Assembly (NCBI GenBank): GCA_004431415.1
Contig: QPMI01000529.1
Span: 1-64,000, forward strand
Direction of reading: 5' to 3'
Source of the DNA: Cyanophora paradoxa CCMP329
Taxonomy: Eukaryota > Plantae > Glaucophyta
DNA length: 64,000 bases
Positions 12,063-25,576 of the stretch are shown piece by piece. The position numbers were made by a program, and so were the translations under genes. Position 1 is the first letter of the stretch. Each line of letters starts with the position of its first letter. The notes below the pieces were generated by a model, which saw only the letters and a program-made list of their open reading frames with translations, had not been told where the DNA came from and ran no database searches.

Positions 12063-15000
12063 ATGGCGGTGTAGGCGGGTATAGCCGATCGATGGATCCG
12101 GCAAACAACTTCCTGCTGATCTCGGCGCTGGCCTTGAAGCTACGTCATAGCAGCAACCGGGTCCCGGAGAACTTCTCGTTCGACGACAGGGCGCTAACAG
12201 CGCTAAGGTGAACAAACGCGCGGGGATAAGCCCGCGGCGCGCCCCCGGTCCTTTCACTCACGCTTTGCCCCAGCGAGCTGACCCCTGCCGAACTTGAGGC
12301 CTTTCTCTTCGCAATCGTCCGGCATGTCCGCTGCGGAAAAGGGCCGCCGGGCGTGCCCCTCTCCGCCAAGTACATCAACGGTGCGCGTTGCCGTTCGCGC
12401 AGTTCTGCTCACGGCTGATCGAGGCACGCGTGTAGACGGCGCGGAATACATCTCGTCGTCATTCGTTGCTCTGCGGGAGCTCTCGCCCGAGGTTGCGATG
12501 GAGGCGCGGGTGATCGCTTCGCGCAAGGTGGGCTGCATCCCCGCTCGGCTGCCCCTTCGCTCCAGCTGACGCGCTGCGCGCTCTGCAGTTCTACCACCTG
12601 CGGGGGAACCTGCTTATGGACGCACAGAAGATCTCGGCCCTGCGGCGGCTCGAGCCGCCGCAGGCGGTCGCCGCGCTACGCGCCCTTTGCGAGCGGCTGG
12701 ACGACCCGCGGCAACCGCCGATCGAGAACCTGTCGGCCCTCTGCCGCGCGTACTTCGGCGGCATGACCGCCGCGGCGCCGTCGCCCCTGCAAGTCCCGGC
12801 CCGGCGCGACGTCGGGGTCTCGCCCACGCTCCGCGGCCTCGGGGGCCCGCCCTTCGTGCCGGGCGCGGCGATGCCGCCGTCGCTACTGACGGTGCCGACG
12901 CGCTCGAATGGGAGCGGCAGCAGCGCCGGCGACTCGCTGGGCGTGCCCTCGCCGGACCGCTCGCGCTCGGTCTCGCCGGACCCGCGCACGATGCCGCAGT
13001 CGAGCTCGCAGCGGAGCCTGGAGGCCCTGCTGGGCGGCTCCTTCGCCGGCTTCCCCGGGCCGTTCCCCGGCGGGGCCTCACGGACCTGCTCGACGACGAC
13101 CTGCTCGGCGACGACCCCTCCGCCCCGCGCGCCGCCGCCGCCCAGGACGCCTGCCGCGGCGCCGCCCTCCGCCGCCGCCGTGCGTCTTCGATCCCCCTCT
13201 GCTCGCCGCCGCGCGGGGCCCGGGCCGCGTGCCGGGGCTGAGGGAGGGCGGGGCGCAGAGATCCGGGCGGCGCTGCCGGGGGAGCTGCAGCAGATGGCGG
13301 CGGCGATCGAGCGGACGCTGCGCTTCGTGCCGGCCGGCGGCCGCGTCGCCTTCACGGACGAGGTCCTCCAGCTCGTCGCGTGCGCCCCGCCCCCGCCCCG
13401 CCGGCCCCCGCCGGCCCCGGCCCCGCCCGGGCCCGGGCCCCGCCGAGCCGCGCACGCAGCGATGCCGGCGCCGACAACGGGCGCGTCATGCTCGAGAGCA
13501 TCGGCGAGGCGCTCAAGGGCGGCGTCATCACCGGTCCGCCCCCCGAGCCGGTGCCGCCCGGCCGCCGCCCGCTGACGAGGGCGCCGCCGCGCAGGCCCCC
13601 GCTCCCTCTTCAACTACGCGCGGGCCCTCCACTTCCGAGCGAAGCGTGCGCCCTCCCCGCCCCTTTCCGCCCCGCCCCGCCCCGCCCCGCGCCACCCGGC
13701 CGCGCCCGACGCGGCGGGCGAGCAGACAGCGGAGGCATGGAGGCGGGGGTGCGCCGGCGCGTGCTCCGTATCGAGATCGAGTCGGCGGGGCGGGCCGAAC
13801 AGGGCGTCGGCGCGGCGGCGGCGGCAGCGGCGGCCGCGGCGGCGGCAGCGGCGGCGGCGAGCACGTCGGCGTCGCCGCACGACGGGGTGCTCTTCCTGGA
13901 CCCGCGCGTGCTGCGGGAGCTGGCCGGCCTGCCGCTGCCGGCCGCGCACGCCGCGCTGGACGCCTTCGTGGAGCACGTCGCCCTCGCCGGCGGGCCCCGC
14001 GGCGTCGCCGACCACTGCGACCTCCTCGCCCGCTGCCTCCGGCCGCACGCCCCGAGGGCGACCCGGGCGCCCGCCCGAGCGCGAGGGCCGCCCGCACGAC
14101 CGCGGCGGCGACTCGGGCGGCTCGCTCGCCCCGGAGGTCCTCGAGCGCATCGCCGCCAAGCTCCAGCACGCCACCGCCCAGGCCACCGCCGCCCAGGCAG
14201 CCGCCGCCGCCGCGCTCACGGTCGAGGGCGCCGAGGAAGGCGCCGGGGCGGGCGGGGCGGGGGCGCCGGCGGGGCGGCGGTGCCGCCGCTGCTGGCGCTG
14301 CTGACGGACCCGGCCGCGCTGCGGTGCATCCAGTGCGCGGGGCCAAGGACGGCGCGGAGCTCGTCGAGGCGGCCGCCAACTGGGTGGAGGCGACGGTGGC
14401 GGCGGGGCGGCCGGGCGGGGCCCCTGGGCTGGAGTACCTGCGCGCCCTGCGCGACCGCGCGGCGCAGTCGCGCCGCGTGGAGGCCGGCGCGCGGCGGCGG
14501 CTCCTGCGGCTCGAGCTCGAGCTGCTCGCGCGGCTCCCCGCGGGGGCGCCGGCGCCGCGGCCCTTCCGGCTGGGGAGCGAGCTGCCGGGCCGCCTCTCGG
14601 GCCTGAACCGCGACGAGGCGGCCGCCGTCCTCGACCACGCGCTCGAGGAGCTCGCCGCGCGCCCCGCCGCCAGCGACGACGCCGCCGCCGGCCCCGCCGC
14701 CGCCTGCCCTGCCGCCCAGGCGCTCGAGCGGGCGCTGGACGCGGCGGGGGCCCCCGGCGTCTGCGGCAGCGGCGGCATCGCGAACCTGTTCAGCAACGGC
14801 GGCGTCGGCGGGTCGGGGGCAGCGTCGGGCACGCCGACGGCGGGCGGCTCGCCGGCGCCCTCGGGCTCGGCCTCGCCGGCGCGCACGCCGCGCGAGCCGC
14901 GCACGCCCCCGCACCGCGGCTCGCCCCTCGCCGGGCCCGGCGGGGCCGACTCCTCCGAGGAGCCCGTCCCCTTCGGCCCCGACGAGGGCCGCCCCGGCGG

Positions 15001-15537
15001 GGGCGCCGGCGCGGGGCGGAGCGCCCGCTGGGGCCGCGGGCCGGGCGGCGGCGGGCCGCTGGAGGCGGAGCTGGACGCGGCGGGGCGGCGGCGGCGGTGG
15101 CGCAGTTCCGGCGGGAGATGGCGCAGCTGGCGGGCGCGAACGAGCAGCTGCAGGAGGAGAACCGACAGCTGCGGCGGCAGGTGGGGGCGCTGCGGGCGAG
15201 CGCCGGCGGGGCGCTGGTGCAGCTCGAGGAGGAGAACCGCGCCCTCCGCGAGCGCCTCGAGGAGCTCCGCGCCCTCTTCGGCGCCGCCGCCCTCGGCGCC
15301 GGCGCTGCCGGCGGGGGCGGGGCGGGGCGGTAGCGGGCCGGGGACGCGGCGGGGGAGCCTCTCGGCGCTGCCGCCCATCGAGATCAACGACGAGGACGCG
15401 TGGCCGTCCCAGCACGACTTCGAGCGCTTCGGCGCGGGGCCGGGCGCCCAGATGCTGCGCGCGCAGCAGCACCTGCACATGGGGCAGCCGGTCCCGCAGC
15501 AGCACCCGCAGCAGCAGCAGCAGCAGCACAGCCACTT

Positions 15538-15572
<35 letters not shown>

Positions 15573-16141
15573 TTGCCTCGGGCGCCGGCGGCTCCGGCTC
15601 CGGCTCGAGCGGGGGCGCTGGCGGCGGGGCCTGGGCGGGGGCGGCTTCGGGGCGTACACGGCCCTCTCGGCGCCGCCGTCGCCGCTGTGGCACGGGCTGG
15701 AGGAGGGCGGGGCCGGGCTGGACTCGAACCCCCTCTCCTCCTCGGCCGCCGCCGCCGCCGCCGCCGCCTACAGCCTCGCCTGGGCCCGCGGCCGCTCCCC
15801 CTTCGAGGCCGGCCCGGGCGCCCACGACCCAACGTTCCCCGCCGGCGCCCAGGGCGGCCTCGGGGCGGCGGCTTCACGCCCCCGCTCGCCTCGTCCCCCT
15901 CGCGCTGGGGCGCCGTGGGGCGGCGCCGGGCGCGCCGGCGGCGTCGCCCTCGCTGCTCTTCGGGACGGGCAGCGGGGGCTCGCCGTGGGGCATCTCCCCC
16001 TCGAGCACGCGCTCGCCCTCGCCGGGGCCCGGCCACGGCAGCAGCGGCGGCGCGAGCGACCCGTGGGCCCCGCCCCCGCTGCCCCGCCTCCCCTCGGGCC
16101 AGGCCGTCCCCTCCCTCACCACCACCCCTCCCCCCATGTGA
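12063..16141 (+). CDS. Hypothetical protein with repeated helical modules resembling the hnRNP-Q/SYNCRIP acidic domain, a coiled coil and a polyQ/polyA tail
   Basis: Exons FDDRALTALRELTPAELEAFL, MDAQKISALRRLEPPQAVAALRAL..IENLSALCRAYF and FLDPRVLRELAGLPLPAAHAALDAF; coiled coil at 15097-15280; CAG run at ~15497-15530. Start codon is uncertain. Confidence 0.55.
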
Positions 16142-17344
16142 GCGCGCCAGGCGCCCCGCGGCCCCCAGCCTCGGGCGCCACGCCCTTTCACTAGGCCGCG
16201 CCTGTAGGGACCGCGCAGGTAGGTAGGACTAGGACCCCGCGTTAGAGTCGCACGTGCATCTTTGAAGTGCCGCCTTCGTCAGCCGCCTTTTGTGCGTTGC
16301 CTCAATCACCTTCTACCCGTGTATCGCACATATTTCTTGCGCATGTAGTTCCGCACGCAGCTTCTGAGATCATCCCATATGTTCTACAGTGCCTTAGGTC
16401 TCACTTTTTTAAGCACAGTATGTAGTTGCCTATTTCCAGTACGTACATACAAAGTAGACCTTTGCTTACCGTATACGTGGTACGCTCAAAATATTATAAT
16501 TCGTATACTCGCGTACGCTCAGTGGGACGTCGACGCTCAATTCCAATATTAATATTTTTTCAATGCCGACCGCGAGTTCGAACATACGCATGTTCGAATG
16601 CGCAATTGCACTCATACGCATGTTTTTCAATCCGGGATCCAATTGCACTCAATTGCTCAGCGGCTCTTGGTTCTCAATTGCACGTACGCGTGCATGTGGT
16701 GTCGCGACTCGGCGATATCGATTTACCGTCGGATCGGACTAGTATTCATGATTTCAGGGCTCCCGCGCGCCGACGCCGCGCCGCCCGCGGCCGGCCTTAG
16801 CTTCACCCGGCCGCGGATCCTGGACTTTCTTGATCTGAGGTTCTGAATTCCGAATTCGAAGTTCATGCATATGATCGAATATTAATTCTGATTCTTGAAT
16901 GAACTCAAATGCAACGACACTCGCTACACTTGACTTACGGTAATTACCCGGGCTATGACTAGTAACCCGTATGACGCCACAGCTATTAGGCTACGTATAC
17001 CTGAACACTTCAGCTCTGTGTTAGATCTGAAGAGCCCTACATGCTATCTGCCTAGCACTGGCTAGATAGATATGAACCACAAGAACCCACTACTGCACAT
17101 TACAACTCGGAGGGGGTTTGGAACAATGAAGTCCAATCCGAAGCTCGCGAAAAAATCTACAACCTTGAGCGTACGCCCCCGACTTCAATGAATCAGGTAA
17201 AAGCATAAGCAAAAACGCGAACGTAAAATCGCAGATCTCGACTGTGCTAAAGTACAGGAAGGGAGACGCAAGACAGCAGACTCGTTGGAAAGTAGATTAT
17301 GTCTGAGAGGCGGGGCCTCTCTCTGAAGAGAGGGGACGGGGGAC

Positions 17345-20300
17345 TTAGCGGGCGGCGGCGGCCATCTTGGGCGGGGCGCTCGCGGCCACGAGCTTGTGGT
17401 AGGCGTCGAGGACGGCCTCGACGGTGGCGGGGTCCTCGAGGGTGCTCGTGTCCTGCTTGATCGCCTCTCCCCGCGCGATCGAGCGCAGCAGCCGCCGCAT
17501 CACCTTCCCCGACCGCGTCTTCGGCAGCCCGGGGACGACGATCAGCGTGTCCAGGTGCGCGATCTTGCCGATGTGGTGGTACACCATCTCGTGCACCGCC
17601 TTGTCCACCTCCTTCTGCGTCCGGTGGCCCTCTGCGCACGCCCCCGCCGCCGTGAGCGCGGTTCAGCAGCGGAAGACAGGGAGAGAGCTGCGCACCGCCA
17701 GCCTTGAGGACGACGTACGCGACGACGGCCTCGCCCTTGATGGGGTCGGGGCGGGCGACGACGGCGCTCTCGGCGACGAGCGAGCAGTGGTTGATGGCCG
17801 CCTCGATCTCGGCGGTGCCCATGCGGTGCCCGGCCACGTTGATCACGTCGTCGACGCGCCCCGTGATCCAGATGTAGCCCTGAACGCGCAACGGTCAGAC
17901 GGGCCGCAGCGAACAGAAAGCGCGGGTGCGGGCGCACGTCCTTGTCCTCATATGCGCCATCGCCCGTGAAGTAGACGTCGTTGCCCTGGAACTTGACGTG
18001 GTCGAAGTAGGAGCTGACGAAGCGCTTGTCGGCGTTGTACAGCGTGCGGAGCATCGAGGGGAAGGGGCTCGTGATGACGAGCAGCCCCTGCTCGCCCTGC
18101 GGCACGCGCTTGCCGGTGGGGTCCACGATGGCGAGGTGGATGCCGGGGAGAGGGACGGTTGCGGAGCCGGGCTTGAGCGGGGTGGCGCCGGGGATGGAAG
18201 AGATGGTCGGGCCGCCCGTCTCCGTCTGCCACCAGTTGTCCGCGACGGGGGCCTTGCCGCCGCCGACCTTCTTGTGGAACCAGTGCCACGCGACGGGCCC
18301 GATCGGCTCGCCGGCCGACCCGATCACTGCCGCCCCCGACGCGTCAGACAGATCGCGGCAGAAAAAAGCGAAAGTAAGGCGGCATGCACCGCGGATGCTG
18401 GAGAGGTCGTACTTCTCGGGCTCCTGGGGCCCCTCTCGCGCCAGCAGGCGGACGGCCGTCGGGGCGGTGTAGAACTGAGAGACCTTGTACCGCTCGCACA
18501 TGCGCCACAGACGGCCGGCGTCCGGCGTCGAGATGAAGCTGCGAAGAAAGGCTCAGCGCGGGCAAGAGATCTAGAATTCGCAGCGTGCGCATGCGGCTCG
18601 CGGACCCCTCGTACTGGACGGTGGTCACGCCGAGGGCCAGGGGGCCGTACATGCTCGTGTGCCTGCGCGGCCCGGCTCAGAGGGGACGAGGCGCCGTCGA
18701 CGCGGATCCAGGGGCGCCGGCGGCTCACCCCATGATCCAGCCAAGGTCGCCGGTGGAGAAAAAGACATCGTTCAGGTCGGAGCGAAGGTCAAAGACCCAC
18801 TTGAACGACTGCTGGGCCCACAGGATGTAGCCCGCCGCCGAGTGCTGCACGCCCTTCGGCTTGCCCGTGCTGCCGCTGGTGTGCATGACGAAGAGGGTGT
18901 CGTTGGCGTCGACGGGGGCGGGCTGCGTGACGGGCGCGAGGCTCTTGTCCGCCATCAGGCTCGTCCACTCGTGGTCCCGCCCCGCCTTCATCGGGCAGTT
19001 GCCCATGTGCCTGCCGGCCCCGCCTCAGCCGCCGTCGAGGCACGAGGTACCGGCCGGGGCCGGGGGTCGAGGCGCGGGGCGCACCGGCGGAGGACGATGA
19101 CGTTCTCGACGCAGTCGGTGGAGGGGGCGCCGGCCTCCGGGGCGAGGGCCTTGTCGACGATCGGCTTGAGGTCGTAGGGCTTGCCGCGCCGGAACGAGCC
19201 GTCCGCCGTGATGACCACCTTGGCCCCGACGTCGCTGATGCGCTCCCGCAGCGCCTCGTCCGAGAAGCCGCCGAACACGATGCAGCTGCCCGCCCCCGCG
19301 TCAGCGCGAGACCGCGCGCCGGCAGAGGGGCGGGGCGGGGCGGGGCGGCGCACTAGGGGGCGCCGAGGCGGGCGCAGGCGAGGAGGGCGACGACGGTCTC
19401 GGGGACTTGCGGCATGTAGACGACGACGCGGTCGCCCTTCTTCACGCCGAACTTGTGCCGCAGCACGCCGGCGAACTTCTCCACCTGCGCGCCCCGCGTC
19501 CGCGTCAGCGCCGGCGATCGAGTTCGGGGGGCCGGGCGGGGCCGGGGGCGGCGGCGGGGCGGGCTCGCCTGCTGGTGCAGCTCGCCGAAGGTGAGCGTGC
19601 GGCGGTCGGCCTCGGGCTCGCCCTCCCAGAAGATCGCCGGCTTGTCCGCCTTGCCGCTCTTGACGTGCCGATCCAGCAGCAGCGCCGACACGTTCTGGGC
19701 GTGCGCGCGCGCCTCGCGTCAGCGGCGGCGCCGGGCAACGCACTTCGCGGCGCCGGCACGCACCAGCTTGCCGCCCTCGAACCACTTGAAGAACGGCGCG
19801 TTGTCGTTGTTAAAGACCTTCTTCGGCCGCTCGATCCAGTCTGCACGACGGGCTTCGGCCGGCGGCGAAGAAAGAGTACTAGTACTCGGAAAGAATCTCG
19901 CACCGATGTTGGTGTCGGCCATGCGCGTCCAGAAGCCGATCGGGTCGCGCTCAGACCACTCTTGGAGGGCGCGGTACTCGTAGACGTCGGCGATGGACCA
20001 CGACCGGTCGCTACGCGGCGGCGGCGGGATGAGCTCGTCGGCATGAGGCTCGATGGGGTGCGCCTCCGGGTCGATCTTGTGAGTCTGCGAGTTAAGCGTA
20101 CGCGTCAGCCCCTTACTTTTGATCCAGAAGCGCTACGATCGGCCTTGACCTTAAAGATAACTAAGCTTCACTCCCACAACTTAGGGACCCGGTAGTGCTT
20201 GCAGGGTTAGGGAGGGAGCGATAACGTCACCGGGGCTCGCGTCACCAGTTGGCGGCGTGGGCGCGGCCGTGCTTGTTTAGACAGAAACAAGCTTTAGACT

Positions 20301-20605
20301 GGCGTATAAAATCTATACTTAACGCGTACGTGCGTCGCCGCCGGCCAGGGCGCAAGATCGCGATGGCGTCAACTTAGGCGGGGTCGGCTAGCACTCACAT
20401 GGACAGGGCCGGCGTGCTTCGACCGCACGATGAGCTTGGCATGATGAGGAAAGGCGGTCCGCAGCGTCAGCGGCGCCACGGCGGCCGGCGCTGCGACGGG
20501 CGCCTTGATGACGGCTTTGACGGCGCCGGCGAGCTCTGCGGGGAGCAGGAAGCGACGGCCGGCCGAGGGCCGCACAGCGATCCTAGCGAGGGACAGGGAC
20601 AGCAT
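17345..20605 (-). CDS. ACS: Acetyl-CoA synthetase family acyl-CoA ligase, copy 1, with N-terminal organellar targeting peptide
   Basis: [25 protein letters not shown]-loop [53 protein letters not shown]. Exon 1 ([19 protein letters not shown]..) is R/A/S/L-rich and nearly free of acidic residues. Confidence 0.95.
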
Positions 20606-23600
20606 CCTGGATCGCTGTGTTGGGCCGCTGGCCGGCAAGGAAGAGCGAACCTCGGGCGAGGTCGAATGTACCCGCTGAACGAGCCGCGCGCGGCTTTTGT
20701 ACTAGCCGACCGGCCTGCCTCTGAGTCACGGGTTCAAGCCGAGCCCGATGGCGTCACCCCCGATGGCGCAATTGACGGCGAGCCGATCCGATGCCGGTGC
20801 GGGGGATGCGCATGCGCAGGCGAAGGAGCATGTGGTTGCAGAAGAGACGACGCCGAACTCCCATGCTCCGCTGGGCCGAGGAGAGAATTCGAACTTGATC
20901 CGATGATCACGAGTCACGACCGCCGGGGGGTACGCAGTCATAGTCCTGGGGGTACGAGAACTTCTAGTCTTTCTGCCGGCCAGCGGCCCAACACAGCGAT
21001 CCAGAATGCTGTCCCTGTCCCTCGCTAGGATCGCTGCGCGGCCCTCGGCCGGCCGTCGCTTCCTGCTCCCCGCAGAGCTCGCCGTCAAAGCCGTCATCAA
21101 GGCGCCCGTCGCAGCGCCGGCCGCCGTGGCGCCGCTGACGCTGCGGACCGCCTTTCCTCATCATGCCAAGCTCATCGTGCGGTCGAAGCACGCCGGCCCT
21201 GTCCATGTGAGTGCCCATAGATCCTCGAGCTCGATTAGCGCTGACGCCATCTGCCATAACTCTGGCCAGTCAACCGCGTACGCATTAGAATGCGCCTTAC
21301 TACGGATGTAATTATCGTTATATCGTGGCTGCATCCTCCCGCGGGGGCGGCCGCGGTCGCGGGTCGAGTCGGCGCTGACGTCGATGTGGTGGCGCCATGC
21401 GCGGGTCCAACCCGTTGCTTTAACGCTATTTGAACTGCTGTTTATGCATCAGACGTTTCTAGTCAGAAGCCGAGCCGCTAGACAGCAGCGAGGGCCAACG
21501 CTAGCGCTGACGCCATCGCCGATCTATCGCAGACTCACAAGATCGACCCGGAGGCGCACCCCATCGAGCCTCATGCCGACGAGCTCATCCCGCCGCCGCC
21601 GCGTAGCGACCGGTCGTGGTCCATCGCCGACGTCTACGAGTACCGCGCCCTCCAAGAGTGGTCTGAGCGCGACCCGATCGGCTTCTGGACGCGCATGGCC
21701 GACACCAACATCGGTGCGAGATTCTTTCCGAGTACTCTTTCTTCAACGCCGGCCGAAGGCCGTCGTGCAGACTGGATCGAGCGGCCCAAGCGGATTCTCA
21801 ACAACGACAACGCGCCGTTCTTCAAGTGGTTCGAGGGCGGCAAGCTGGTGCGTGCCGGCGCCGCGAAGTGCGTTGCCCGGCGCCGCCGCTGACGCGAGGC
21901 GCGGGCGCACGCCCAGAACGTGTCGGCGCTGCTGCTGGATCGGCACGTCAAGAGCGGCAAGGCGGACAAGCCGGCGATCTTCTGGGAGGGCGAGCCCGAG
22001 GCCGACCGCCGCACGCTCACCTTCGGCGAGCTGCACCAGCAGGCGAGCCCGCCCCGCCGCCGCCCCCGGCCCCGCCCGGCCCCCCGAATTCGATCGCCGG
22101 CGCTGACGCGGGGCGCGCAGGTGGAGAAGTTCGCCGGCGTGCTGCGGCACAAGTTCGGCGTGAAGAAGGGCGACCGCGTCGTCGTCTATATGCCGCAAGT
22201 CCCCGAGACCGTCGTCGCCCTCCTCGCCTGCGCCCGCCTCGGCGCCCCCTAGTGCGCCGCCCCGCCCCGCCCCGCCCCTCTGCCGGCGCGCGGTCTCGCG
22301 CTGACGCGGGGGCGGGCAGCTGCATCGTGTTCGGCGGCTTCTCGGACGAGGCGCTGCGGGAGCGCATCAGCGACGTCGGGGCCAAGGTGGTCATCACGGC
22401 GGACGGCTCGTTCCGGCGCGGCAAGCCCTACGACCTCAAGCCGATCGTCGACAAGGCCCTCGCCCCGGAGGCCGGCGCCCCCTCCACCGACTGCGTCGAG
22501 AACGTCATCGTCCTCCGCCGGTGCGCCCCGTGCCTCGACCCCCCGGCCCCGGCCGGTACCTCGTGCCTCGACGGCGGCTGAGGCGGGGCCGGCAGGCACA
22601 TGGGCAACTGCCCGATGAAGGCGGGGCGGGACCACGAGTGGACGAGCCTGATGGCGGACAAGAGCCTCGCGCCCGTCACGCAGCCCGTCCCCGTCGACGC
22701 CAACGACACCCTCTTCGTCATGCACACCAGCGGCAGCACGGGCAAGCCGAAGGGCGCGCAGCACTCGGCGGCGGGCTACATCCTGTGGGCCCAGCAGTCG
22801 TTCAAGTGGGCGTTCGACCTCCGGGCCGACCTGAACGACGTTCTCTTCTCCACCGGCGACCTCGGCTGGATCATGGGGTGAGCCGCCGGCGCCCCTGGAT
22901 CCGCGACGACGGCGCCTCGTCCCGTCTGAGCCGGGCCGCGCAGGCACACGAGCATGTACGGCCCCCTGGCCCTCGGCGTGACCACCGTCCAGTACGAGGG
23001 GTCCGCGAGCCGCATGCGCACGCTGCGAATTCTATATCTCTTGCCCGCGCTGAGCCTTTCTTCGCAGCTTCATCTCGACGCCCGACGCCGGCCGCATGTG
23101 GCGCATGTGCGAGCGGTACAAGGTGTCTCAGTTCTTCACCGCCCCGACGGCCGTCCGCCTGCTGGCGCGCGAGGGTCCCGAGGAGCCCGAGAAGTACGAC
23201 CTCTCCAGCATCCGCGGTGCGGCCCCCAATCCACCCGTCTAGAGCGCCGCCTTCCGCTGAATCGCTCTCGCTTGGCAGTGCTTGGCTCGGCCGGCGAGCC
23301 CATCGGCCCGGCGGCGTGGCACTGGTACCACAAGAAGGTCGGCGGCGGCAAGGCGCCCGTCGTTGACAACTGGTGGCAGACGGAGACGGGCGGTCCGACC
23401 CTGTCGGCGCTGCCCGGCGCCACCCCGCTCAAGCCCGGCTCGGCCACGTACCCCATGCCTGGCATCCACACGGCCGTCGTCGACCACCACGGCAAGCGCG
23501 TGCCGCAGGGCGAGCAGGGGCTGCTCGTCATCACGAGCCCCTTCCCCTCGATGCTCCGCACGCTGTTCAACGCCGACAAGCGCTTCGTCAGCTCCTACTT

Positions 23601-24212
23601 CGACACGGTCAAGTTCCAGGGCAACGACGTCTACTTCACGGGCGACGGCGCATATGAGGACAAGGACGTGCGCCCGCACCCGCGCTTTCTGTTCGCTGCG
23701 GCCCGTCTGACCGTTGCGCGTTCAGGGCTACATCTGGATCACGGGGCGCGTCGACGACGTGATCAACGTGGCCGGCCACCGCATGGGCACCGCTGAGATC
23801 GAGTCGGCGATCAACCACTGCTCGCTCGTCGCCGAGAGCGCCGTCGTCGCCCGCCCCGACCCCATCAAGGGCGAGGCCGTCGTCGCGTACGTCGTCCTCA
23901 AGGCTGGCGGTGCGGATTTCCAAGCATTTCCGACCCCGTGTTACATGGGGAGCCGCGCTCACGGCGGCGGGGGCGTGCGCAGAGGGCCACCGGACGCAGA
24001 AGGAGGTGGACAAGGCGGTGCACGAGATGGTGTACCACCACATCGGCAAGATCGCGCACCTGGACACGCTGATCGTCGTCCCCGGGCTGCCGAAGACGCG
24101 GTCGGGCAAGGTGATGCGGCGGCTGCTGCGCTCGATCGCGCGGGGAGAGGCGATCAAGCAGGACACGAGCACCCTCGAGGACCCCGCCACCGTCGAGGCC
24201 GTCCTCGACGCC
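17402..24212. repeat. Large inverted duplication: arms ~17402-20636 and ~20975-24212 with a ~340 bp unique spacer
   Basis: Reverse-complement near-identity of exons and most introns between the two ACS copies. Confidence 0.95.
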
Positions 24213-24269
24213 GCCCGCAAGCACGCCGCCGAGGCCTCCAAGACCGCCGCGACCGCCGCCCACAAGTAG
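21006..24269 (+). CDS. ACS: Acetyl-CoA synthetase family acyl-CoA ligase, copy 2 (inverted paralogue)
   Basis: Same motifs and intron positions as copy 1. Exon 1 is 21006-21206, intron 1 is 21207-21532 (GTGAGT..CGCAG), stop TAG at 24267-24269. Confidence 0.95.
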
Positions 24270-24848
24270 AGCCCCCTCCGCCCATCCCCCATTCGCCATC
24301 GACGCCACCGGCTTTCCTCCCGGCCTCGCGCTGGACCCTTCCTTTTTTTCGAGCTTTCTTTCTCATGAACATAATTCTTTGGATGTCTCTGCTTCGTTCA
24401 ATTGTTGTCTTGTTGTAGCATTTCTGTATCGGCGTGTGCAGCATGAGGTTATAGATTTTTCGCTGCACAAGTGACTGTGGGTGTCCGATGTAATTCATTC
24501 GCTAGTGCTGCTTCTCTTTCGAAGGTCTCGGGTATACGTATTCATAGGCAGCGCCTTCGAATTTTGCGAGTGGCAGTATATGTATGTGCTTTAGGTACAT
24601 ATCCATGCAAGGGTAGCTAGGATAGAGGGCAGCTGCAAATAGATAGAGCGCTGGGTCCACCTGCGCCGCTGTAACAATTCACTCGCGCGATCTCTATGTA
24701 ACCGGCCACACGCATATGCGCATATATGTTCGCAGTGTCCCACGCGGCTCGTTCAGAGTGGTGCATTGTTTGAAACAGGTGGGGGAGAAGGGGAGTGGGG
24801 AGGCGGGGTGAGGGCCGAGGCCGGCGGGGGCGGGCGCCGTGCGGGCCG

Positions 24849-25545
24849 CTAGCCGCGGATGGCGAGGAAGGGGAACTCAGATCTGAGGGCGGAGATGAGG
24901 GCGCGCTCGAGGCCCCACAGGTCCAGCGACGCCAGCCCCTGCGCCCCGCCCCTCAGAGCCCGCCCCGCAGCCCCGCCCGGCCCGCGAGAGGCGCGGACGC
25001 GCCTTGCAGGCGGTCGCCAGGGCGCGCAGGCTCCCGACGGTGAGGTAGCGGCACCACGAGAGGTTCACCTGCGCCGGGGCGTGAGCGCGGCCCGGCGGGG
25101 CGCCGGAGGGCGGGGGGGGGGGGGGGGGGGGGGGGGGGAGAGAGAGAGAGAGAGAGGGGTCGCCTTGCGCAGGTTGGGGCAGTGCTTGGCGAAGTGCTCC
25201 ACGGCGCTGTCCTGCATGCGCGGGCAGTTCGACAGGTCGACCTCCTCCAGCTCTCTGCACGCCTGCGCCCCGCCCCCGCGCCCGTCAAACGCCACGCTGG
25301 GGGGTACAGGGCGTGGCGGGGCGCCGCACCGAAGCGATCGAGCAGACGGCCGAGTTGCCGACGAACTGGCATTGCTGCGGGAGGGATGCACTCGGTTCGG
25401 GCCGCGGGGTACGGCGGGCGGGGGAAGGGGTGTACCCGCAGATTGAGGATCTGGAGACCGCGGATGCTCTGGAGCAAGGCGAAGGGGTTCTGCACCCGGT
25501 TCTGCAGGGTACGGCATCAGCGGGGGTGCGGGGAGGGGGGAGGCG

Positions 25546-25576
<31 letters not shown>

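Noticed and set aside
12908-16141. 1077-aa ORF and other very long R/P/A/G-rich ORFs (e.g. 31343..34060, 13528..15825)
   Set aside because: Stop-codon scarcity in extreme-GC DNA. They run through introns and switch between real and shadow frames.
21240-21280. Possible micro-exon within ACS copy 2 intron 1 (GCTGAC..CCAG)
   Set aside because: The equivalent AG is absent in copy 1, and the frame is intact without it. It cannot be supported without RNA data.
25110-25160. Long poly-G and (GA)n runs (also ~1983, 4707, 6496, 25547, 39230, 46643)
   Set aside because: Simple intronic or intergenic homopolymers of unreliable length, with no further structure.
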